Positions 47,470 through 56,200 of a DNA stretch of 62,439 bases are shown here, piece after piece; the first letter of the stretch is position 1; each line of letters opens with the position of its first letter. Under the pieces are notes generated by a model. That model ran no database searches and was not told the DNA's origin. It was given only the letters and a program-made list of their open reading frames with translations. Origin of the DNA: Candidatus Heimdallarchaeota archaeon (GTDB lineage: Archaea > Asgardarchaeota > Heimdallarchaeia > Heimdallarchaeales > Heimdallarchaeaceae); assembly GCA_030607575.1 (NCBI GenBank), contig JAUWJS010000002.1, positions 1 to 62,439 of the forward strand. Direction: 5' to 3'. The position numbers and the translations under genes were made by a program.

Positions 47470-48616
47470 TTGTTTTAAATGGAAGTCTATTTCTCCTCTT
47501 TTGAAGAGAAAAACTTGTATAACCTATTTTTGAAGCAATTTCATCAACTAGGATATCAGCATCTGTTTCTTGTAATCTTGCTCGAGCATCAGCTTCTATG
47601 ATGACGCTAGGTAATCCATATTCTGGATTATATTTTGAAACAGCATTAACTAGAGATGAAATGGTTTGTGCTTGTTCATGCTCAGTTGAAAACAGAACAG
47701 GAAACTCAATTCTTAAAGGAGTATCAAACTCTGCAGTTTTCATGTAAAAACAATGAATATTAAAATCTGGAAGATCTTTATCTGAATCATCATTGAAATT
47801 TGATAACAGAAACTCAAAAGTTCTTTCATTAGTATCTAGAACTTGATAAAGTAGATCAGTATCTCTTAATTGTTTTACAATGGGTCTGTAATCTATTTCA
47901 ACCAGTTTACTGAATTCTGGTAATTTGCTTAGATGTGGTAAAATAGCAGATAATTTGTTTGTTAGTATAGCTGAACGAGAATCTTTAACAACTCCACATA
48001 GAGCAGTACGATTTTTCTGACAAAGAGTGTATAGTCTTCTGTATTGAGCCTTCAGTTTCTTATATTGACTTAATAGAAATTTACTTTGACTGATTTGACG
48101 AAGATCAATTACAGGAAGTACTGAACCATCGAGGATAATGATATCAGGATGATCTTCTTCAAGAAGGTCAATTCCACATTTTATCTCTTTTTGCATCCTC
48201 CAAATTGAAATAAGGCTTTCAATTTCATATTGTGATAAAGGTTCAATACTTGTAAGAATATCTGGAAAAGGTTGCTCTTCAGGAATATACCTTACTAATG
48301 GTTTGCTATCTTTTCTATGATAAAACAACACTCCTACTGCACGTATTAATGCGATGTCAAAATAATTTAATGATCTATGGATGACGCCACCATCAATTCC
48401 TGCAATTTTCAAACCATCTATATTTGTTTTAGGAACTTTCAGTGTGAAAAGATTATCTGAAGTTTTGATATCAAAAGCAGTAGGAAACTCAGAAGGATTG
48501 AGCTTATCCTTAACTTGTCTGAAGAGATCCTGAAACAACTTCCTATGTTCATTATAGGTTCTTATCCGTTTTGAGATGTCATCAATAGCTTCATCTATCG
48601 TATTTTTAACTGCCAT
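47462..48616 (-). CDS. nurA: NurA-type 5'-3' nuclease
   Basis: 384 aa. IAGIDGG and IIILDGS motifs and pairing with herA. Confidence 0.65.
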   Translation of the reverse strand: MAVKNTIDEAIDDISKRIRTYNEHRKLFQDLFRQVKDKLNPSEFPTAFDIKTSDNLFTLKVPKTNIDGLKIAGIDGGVIHRSLNYFDIALIRAVGVLFYHRKDSKPLVRYIPEEQPFPDILTSIEPLSQYEIESLISIWRMQKEIKCGIDLLEEDHPDIIILDGSVLPVIDLRQISQSKFLLSQYKKLKAQYRRLYTLCQKNRTALCGVVKDSRSAILTNKLSAILPHLSKLPEFSKLVEIDYRPIVKQLRDTDLLYQVLDTNERTFEFLLSNFNDDSDKDLPDFNIHCFYMKTAEFDTPLRIEFPVLFSTEHEQAQTISSLVNAVSKYNPEYGLPSVIIEADARARLQETDADILVDEIASKIGYTSFSLQKRRNRLPFKTSG

Positions 48617-48679
48617 TTATCTAACCACCACTATTAATAATCATTTTTCCATTTAAAAAGCAATAGTTTTACTTCTAAA

Positions 48680-50314
48680 TCATTTTAACATTCTATCTCT
48701 AGCAGCTTTCACAAACTCAAAGTATGGTGGTGAAGGTTTAATGGGACGGGATTGAAATTCTGGATGAAATTGTGCAGCTATGAAACACGGATGGGTTGGT
48801 AATTCGAGTGTTTCCATACGAATACCGTCTTCAGATTTTCCAGAGAAAATAAGACCATTTTTACTAAGAGTTTCTATATATTCAGGATTCACTTCATATC
48901 TATGTCTATGTCTTTCATAGATGATTGTGTTTTCATACATTTTCTCAAATTTTGATCCTTTTTCTAGAAGTATTTTATGTTTCCCTAATCTCATGGTTCC
49001 TCCTAAATCAGTAATTTGTTTTTGTTCAGGAAGAATGTCTATCACAGGATGAGAAGTAGCAGAATCAATTTCCGTTGAATTTGCATCAGACAAGTTGCAG
49101 ACATTTCTGGCGAATTCTATTGTGGCTAGCTGAAATCCATAACAAATTCCTAAAAATGGAACATTGTTCTCTCTTAGATATTTGATAACTGCTATTTTAC
49201 CCTTTACCCCTCTAGAACCAAATCCTCCCGGTACAAGAACACCATCATATTTTGATAATTCTGTTATTCTGTCTGGGTTCTTCTCATATTCTTCAGTTGA
49301 GATGAAGATAATACTAATCTTCACATTATTATGAGCAGCTGCATGATTCAAAGCTTCTTTTACGCTAATATATGAATCTACCAATTCTGCATACTTACCT
49401 GTTAAAGCAATTTTTACTTCTTTTTCAGCAGTTGAATGAATTTCTACTAATTTTTCATCTTCAGACCAATCTGCAGCAACATCCTCAAATCTAAGTTTAA
49501 GATTCAGAGTGGAACCAAACCCTTGTTTATCTAAATAGATGGGAGCTGCAAGAACTGTATCTAAATCTGGGAGAGAAAACACTGCATTTGCTGGAACATC
49601 ACAAAACATAACAATTTTTTGTTTTGCACCATCAGTTAAATCATGAGAACCCCTTGCGACAATGATGTCTGGACTTAATCCTGAAGATTGCATTTCACGA
49701 ACTGCATGTTGTGTAGGTTTGGTTTTTTGTTCTTTTAGATTTGGAGGTTCCATGATGTAAGTAACTAAAACAATAAGGGAATCCTCTCTAGGCATTTCGC
49801 GACATAATTGTCTTATAGCTTCTAGAAATGGTTGACTTTCAATATCACCTATCGTTCCCCCCACCTCTATTATGAGTGAATCCAAATCAGGATCTCTTTC
49901 AGCAATTGCTTTTATTCTTCTTTTAATTTCATCTGTTATATGTGGAATTACTTGAACAGTTTTTCCTAAGAAATCTCCCCTTCTCTCTCGTTCAATAACA
50001 CTGTGATAAACTTGACCGGTGGTAATATTTTGGTCACCTTTCATTTCAAGATTAAGAATTCTTTCATAAGTCCCCATATCAAGATCAAGTTCATAACCAT
50101 CTGCAGTAACAAAAGTCTCTCCATGTTCGTAAGGATTCATGGTTCCTGCATCTATGTTCAGATACGGATCTATCTTGATAACATTGATTGTTTTTCCTCT
50201 GACTTGGAGATTACGTCCTATAGAAGAAGTTACTACCCCCTTACCTAAACCTGAAATTAAAGCTCCACAAACGAAAATATATTTTGGCACATAAAGCATA
50301 TCGAAATAGCGCAT
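48680..50314 (-). CDS. pyrG: CTP synthase
   Basis: 544 aa. KYIFVCGALISGLGKG, glutamine amidotransferase GICYGFQ and HRHRYEVN motifs. The true start is possibly Met6. Confidence 0.9.
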   Translation of the reverse strand: MRYFDMLYVPKYIFVCGALISGLGKGVVTSSIGRNLQVRGKTINVIKIDPYLNIDAGTMNPYEHGETFVTADGYELDLDMGTYERILNLEMKGDQNITTGQVYHSVIERERRGDFLGKTVQVIPHITDEIKRRIKAIAERDPDLDSLIIEVGGTIGDIESQPFLEAIRQLCREMPREDSLIVLVTYIMEPPNLKEQKTKPTQHAVREMQSSGLSPDIIVARGSHDLTDGAKQKIVMFCDVPANAVFSLPDLDTVLAAPIYLDKQGFGSTLNLKLRFEDVAADWSEDEKLVEIHSTAEKEVKIALTGKYAELVDSYISVKEALNHAAAHNNVKISIIFISTEEYEKNPDRITELSKYDGVLVPGGFGSRGVKGKIAVIKYLRENNVPFLGICYGFQLATIEFARNVCNLSDANSTEIDSATSHPVIDILPEQKQITDLGGTMRLGKHKILLEKGSKFEKMYENTIIYERHRHRYEVNPEYIETLSKNGLIFSGKSEDGIRMETLELPTHPCFIAAQFHPEFQSRPIKPSPPYFEFVKAARDRMLK

Positions 50315-50333
50315 ATAAATATTGCTTAATCAA

Positions 50334-50906
50334 TTAGATATCCTCTTTTTCAGTTGATGACTTTACCATATTTTTCCATTTTTCGATAAATTCAGAAACC
50401 GAGTCATACAACCATTTTTCTTCAGGTGACATATTTCTGATTTGGGTTGTGATATTTCTTCCTTTACCTGCAATTTTGATGATTTTTGATAATCGCATCG
50501 TCATTAAATCTCTTAGTTTTATCTCAAGGGATTCTTTTTGACGATAGGGAACAGCTTTTCCCTTTTTCTCGTAATCATCAAACAATTGTTTCATGAGAAT
50601 ATAGAAGAAATTATTAATCTTCTGAAGATCGATATTTTCTCCCTCTTTTATGGCTAACCTGTAGAGTTCAGGGAAATCTAATTCACCTATTTCTTCCAAT
50701 TCAACATATCCTTCTTTCTGCAGAAATGTAGCTAACCAAAAAGGTATTCTGATTTTCAATCCCTTAACTAATCTTACTTTTTTAGCGCCTATGTCAAACT
50801 CTTCCATAGTTTTCAAGCATTTTACTGGAATATCAAAGTCTTCAAAATCATATTGAATTCTTTCCAACTCATTTAGAAATTTATTATCAAAAGTCAATGT
50901 TACCAC
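50334..50906 (-). CDS. GINS complex subunit (type not resolved)
   Basis: 190 aa. IRIPFWLATFLQKEGYVE resembles the LPxWLAxxLxxxGxA motif of GINS/Sld5-family subunits. Lies between hel308 and pyrG, downstream of mcm. Confidence 0.55.
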   Translation of the reverse strand: MVTLTFDNKFLNELERIQYDFEDFDIPVKCLKTMEEFDIGAKKVRLVKGLKIRIPFWLATFLQKEGYVELEEIGELDFPELYRLAIKEGENIDLQKINNFFYILMKQLFDDYEKKGKAVPYRQKESLEIKLRDLMTMRLSKIIKIAGKGRNITTQIRNMSPEEKWLYDSVSEFIEKWKNMVKSSTEKEDI

Positions 50907-50943
50907 TAGTACTCTTAATTAAATCCTTTTAAATCATCTTACT

Positions 50944-53193
50944 CTATGAAAAAAAATCATCTAGTAATTTTTGAGGAGGAATTGTATTATAATCTTCTTC
51001 TGCTTCTTCTTCTTGCTTAGAGTCTTCTGCAAGTTCAGTTTCTGAAAAACCATCACCTAGAAGATAAGAAAAGATGTTCTTAACTAATTCTTTACCAAAA
51101 CCAGAAATCTTCATAATCTCATTTGGATTTGTTTCTTTCAGAATTTCTTTTGTTTTATACCCTTTATCATAAAGTGCTCTCGCTCTCATTCTTCCTATTC
51201 CTGGAATCTGAACAAGGTCTAGTAATTCTTGTTTTATTCCATTTATCACACGATTATGAACAGCTGAAATTTGCTTAGCCATATCCTTGTAACCTAATAA
51301 TTTTGATATCTCTGAAGAAGCATAAAGGAGCCATTCTGCATTAGAAACAACCATGTAGATATCTCCACTGCCTATTCTATATCTGTCTAGCATGATATCT
51401 TCAGGAACTTCTTTAATCCAATCCTGCAAAACAAGAGACGTTTTCAGTTGACTCATGAATAACTCTAAATCAAACGATGTTTCTGGGAGATTAGCTAAAA
51501 ACTCCTCTTCATGATCACTTATGAAGTTGACCAGATTAATCTGTTCATCCTTTCTTATGGTCAAAAAACGAACATCCGGAGTTGAACAAACTAATTGGAG
51601 AAAACTTAAGTCAGTTAAATAATGCTTAGATTTAATATTTCCCTTGATGAGCCCCTCTCGTATTACAATTGCACTCATTGGATCGATGTAAAGTTGACTT
51701 ACTCTTTTACCAAAGTTTGTTGGAATTAAATAATCTGAGTCGTTAACTATAAGAGCTTCTTCCCGTAAAAAGCTTACAACTTTATTCAGAATGGAACTTA
51801 GATTAGCGGAATCTTGCTGATATCCATAAAATGTTTGACCAAAGAATTCATGTAGTTCTTCAATAGTTTGACTGTTCTCTGTTGATATCTGCCCCAAAAC
51901 TATTTTTCGTAAGGCTGGTTCAGCAGCAATTCTGGATTCAATATCTTCTACTTCTCCAGTAATATAGGTTTGATAAAGACTAGTTGCATCAAATTCATTT
52001 TTTGCAATAACAATAGCATCCCCTTCTTTGTCATATTGAGGTCTTCCAGCTCTTCCTGATTGTTGTTTAAATTCTAACACTGGAATCGGATAACTTCCTA
52101 AAGTGACATTATATCTGTAGATGCTCTTAATGATAACATATCTTGCAGGCAAATTGACTCCAGCTGCCAACGTGGGTGTAGCACTAATAATCTTAATGTT
52201 CCCTTGCTTGAAGTTATGTTCAATAATCCTTCTTTGAGCTGAATTTAATCCTGCATGATGGTAAGCCACACCATTTCTAACAAGCTGAGCCAAACCTCGT
52301 GATTGTTTTGTTTGTTCTCCTGTATTTAGAATCTCTGAAGATGTTGCATTTAGTTTCTCTTTTTCTTCTTTTGAAAGAGTTTTATTTATTCTAGCAGCTA
52401 GATTCTTAGCTGTAGATTCTGCCATGTTTCTAGTTGTGGCAAAGACTAATGCTTGATTTTTATTGCTTAATATGTAATCAGTAAGATTATTGAAACTATC
52501 CTTGAGCTTTGAAGGGATGGTAACCTCGGTACCATCACCATAAACTATGGTTTTATCAAAAAGGACTCCTTCTTTTAGTTTGACCGGTCTCCAATTACTT
52601 GAAACAAGCTCAGCTTCTAACCACCTAGCGATCTGATCAGCATTTCTAATAGTTGCACTTAGAGCTAGAATCTGTGCATCGCAAACTTGTCTTAATTGTG
52701 CTATTACTACTTCTAAAGTAGGACCTCTCGATGAATCATTTATGAGATGTACTTCGTCTGATACAATTAATCCAATCTTGTTAATCCATCGTGCTTGATG
52801 CCTAATAGCTGAATCTATTTTTTCATTGGTAGCAATAATAACGTCAGCATATTGGGCTCTTGTATCTTCTTCCTCATAATCCCCAGTGAGCAAAATAGTT
52901 TTTTTGTTTAACAAGTCAAGAAAAGATTTGAATTCCATATATTTCTCAAAAGCCAAAGCCCTTAAAGGTGAGAGATATAGTGTTTTCAATCCTGTTTCAG
53001 TAAGTTTCTTGATACTCGCAAATAATGCAAGTAAGGTTTTTCCAGAAGCTGTAGGGATTGAGACAACTAAATTAGTTCCATCAAAAAGACCTTTTTTGAC
53101 CGCTTCTTCTTGTGGTGGATAAAGTGAGGATATTCCTTCTGTGATTAATTTCTCTTTAATGATGTCAGGTAATGGAAGATCCTCTATTTTCAT
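50944..53193 (-). CDS. hel308: Hel308/Ski2-like DNA helicase
   Basis: 749 aa. Motif I PTASGKT, motif II SDEVH, SAT, motif VI QQSGRAGR, and a C-terminal helix-hairpin-helix region (IPGIGRMRA). Confidence 0.85.
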   Translation of the reverse strand: MKIEDLPLPDIIKEKLITEGISSLYPPQEEAVKKGLFDGTNLVVSIPTASGKTLLALFASIKKLTETGLKTLYLSPLRALAFEKYMEFKSFLDLLNKKTILLTGDYEEEDTRAQYADVIIATNEKIDSAIRHQARWINKIGLIVSDEVHLINDSSRGPTLEVVIAQLRQVCDAQILALSATIRNADQIARWLEAELVSSNWRPVKLKEGVLFDKTIVYGDGTEVTIPSKLKDSFNNLTDYILSNKNQALVFATTRNMAESTAKNLAARINKTLSKEEKEKLNATSSEILNTGEQTKQSRGLAQLVRNGVAYHHAGLNSAQRRIIEHNFKQGNIKIISATPTLAAGVNLPARYVIIKSIYRYNVTLGSYPIPVLEFKQQSGRAGRPQYDKEGDAIVIAKNEFDATSLYQTYITGEVEDIESRIAAEPALRKIVLGQISTENSQTIEELHEFFGQTFYGYQQDSANLSSILNKVVSFLREEALIVNDSDYLIPTNFGKRVSQLYIDPMSAIVIREGLIKGNIKSKHYLTDLSFLQLVCSTPDVRFLTIRKDEQINLVNFISDHEEEFLANLPETSFDLELFMSQLKTSLVLQDWIKEVPEDIMLDRYRIGSGDIYMVVSNAEWLLYASSEISKLLGYKDMAKQISAVHNRVINGIKQELLDLVQIPGIGRMRARALYDKGYKTKEILKETNPNEIMKISGFGKELVKNIFSYLLGDGFSETELAEDSKQEEEAEEDYNTIPPQKLLDDFFS

Positions 53194-53209
53194 TATTCAA
53201 CCACGACTA

Positions 53210-56200
53210 TCAAGCTAATTTCACAAAACCATCACTTGGAGAATAAATCTCTCCATTACTGCGAAGTTGAGTAATTACTCTGTCTACAAATTCTTCATCT
53301 ATATTTTGCTCTTTAGCTAGTTCTTTTATTCTTCTTATTGATACAACATCTGAGCTTCCCACTCGCGATTCTTCTTTCATAATATCAATGATTATTTGCA
53401 TTTTAGAACGTGAAGTCTTTGTTGTACCAGATAAAAGATAATCTATATCAACTCGACCAGTAACTGGATCTTTACCAGCTTGCTCTAATGAAGCTTTTAG
53501 GAGATTTATAGCAGCTTCAACATGATCTATGGTTACATCTTCTTTAAGAGCCATTCTTGCCTGCGATTCAGACAAACGAATAATTGCCTCTAGATATCTT
53601 GGGGTTATTGCTATTGCAGTTGTTTCATCTGTTTCTTTTCTAAGGTTAAGGTAGAATTGCTCAATTCGCTCCATGGCAGCATCAGTAAGTGAGGGTTGAA
53701 TGTGTTGTTTTGCATAACTGATATACTTTCTTAACAGATCCATATCAATCGTCGGTTCAGTATCTTCAATAACATGACCTCTTCGTAATTCCAAGATATG
53801 TCTAGCCATTCTTTTATCTGTCTCTGTATCTGGTATATCACGAATAATATAGATTAAATCAAAACGCGATAAAATAGTTGGGGGAAGATTAATGTTCTCA
53901 ACAGGTGGACGAGAATCTTCATATCTACCAAAACGAGGATTAGCAGCTGCAATAATAGCTGTTCTTGCGTTTAGCTGAGCAACAATACCAGCTTTTGCTA
54001 TACTGACGGTGTTATGAAGAACAAGTCCATGAGATATGAAATTCTCTGTTGGCTCTATGGTAACATCATAAACCCATTTAGTTGCCAGTTCCCCCTTATT
54101 ATATAGTTTTTCAATTTTAATTATCTTTACCCTATCTAACTCTATCTTTTTATTTGATACACTTGGAACTAACATACCTTTCTTAACATTTTCAGCATCA
54201 ACAGTAATAACTTCATCATTATTTAAAACATAGATTGGATGTTCAGGAGTTACTAGTAATTCTACATCATTTGAGTATATTATCCTAATAAACTCTTCAG
54301 GAGCTATGTGACGACTGACTCTATTAACATTTGTATCATATAATTTCTTGAAATCTGTAGTTAAGACATTGAAGCCAAAATTCTCTACTGGAAGAATTTC
54401 ACAATCTTTACCTATGATTTTAAATTCCTCATTTTCTTTGAAAAGATTATCAACAAAACTTCCAATTTGTAGTTTTTGACCGTCCAAAAATGATAGTTCA
54501 AAACTTGGGTGATAAGATTGTTGTTCCATCGCTTCATGAATTGCGGATCTATCAGTTGGATTCATTTTGTCAAATTCATCGATACAATTGTGAACTATGA
54601 TTCCATTGCTGGTGAAACTATGATGCCCTGGAACATATAGATCGTAAACATAATCATTATATGGTATTAATTCCGTTTTTCTTATCTTATCAATGAAAAA
54701 ATCACGCTTCAATAGTATGTCAATATTAGTGTGAGTCTTCGAATCAATTCGATCAAATAATTTCTCTTTTATCTTGGATAATTGATCTCTAGACGGTTGA
54801 TAGTTCTTCTTTTTGAAAGCATATATCGTACTCCACAAACCTTCTTGTTGAAGGATCGAAGATTCGATTGTCGAACTTATATGTTCACAAATTTTAGCTA
54901 CAGGTTCCATTGGAAGTTTATCACTATATGAAGAAATAGAATGCTTACGGAGAGGTATGTTTTTTACTTTTACACTATATTCCCTTAGATTCTCAATCAA
55001 GTTGGTTACATCTTTTCTTCCAGTAATCAACAAGCTGTCTACTTTCTTATCCTTAATTGTCACAAGCTTTCCAAAACAATCAAATCTTCTAAGAGCAAGT
55101 AAGAGAGTTTTATTCTCTTCTAGACTATTAGAAAGTAAGAAATCTATATGAACTGTTTTGTATTCTATGTTGTTTTTTTTACCGGTTTTTATGGAAAGAC
55201 AACCATCTGAATCTAAACAACCAGCAAGGAAAGCTTTTAGACACTCATCAGGCAACTTATGTAAGTTTTGTAAATCATTTTTAGTAATATAATCATAAAG
55301 AAATGCGACTAGATTAGAACCACTATAAAGTGTGGCAATTTCACCTTTTACTTCCTTTTGATTAATGAAAGATATTCTTTTTCTTATATCAACACCCAAC
55401 TGTCTATTTGAGAACATCGAATGAAATAATTTAATTTGCTCTATTTGCTTAATATTTTTTAGTGATTGAGTAATATGGATTGAGGATCTTCTATCAGATA
55501 TTCTTACCGAACCATCTCCATAAATAAAACCGAGATAGTAGGCTATTTCTGGAGTTATCTGATATATTTTAAGATTCTCTCCTGAAGATTTTCTACCAAA
55601 TTTTAATATTTTAATACTCCATTTATTATAGTGATTCAATTCTCTTAAGAATGCTTTGAATTTGCCAGCTTTAATTGCTCCCCTACCAGAGAGAAAATCT
55701 CTAGATACTCCATATTTTTTATTGAAAATGCTGAGTTTATCATATCTTTTTCTTACTAATTCTTTAAATTCAAGCTTTTGTTCATTGGATAAAATTACAA
55801 TCCAATTTTCAGGTATTATATCTAATAAAAATATTGGTTTATCGTTTTTTGGAAGCTTCAAAGGTGCTACTACATAATCACCTTCGATGAAATTGATTGC
55901 TTCTGTCCATTTTAAATCGTTTCCACTTATTAGTTTATGATCAGGCGTTAATTTTATGGAAAAACCAGATTCAAACTCTATTTTCATTATCTTTTCTTTG
56001 TATTTCTTCCGACGAATTCGGATTGAATTGGTATTTACTGTGTTGAGTTTTGAGTCTGTCGAAATTGTTGATAGTTTGATGTCGCAGATTTCTAATTTCT
56101 CACCATTTGATATAGCTTGATAGTTTTGAGTTGAATCAAAAACTGAACTAATAGGCACATACATATTATCAACAAAGATTTTTGAATCACCTGTCAAGCA

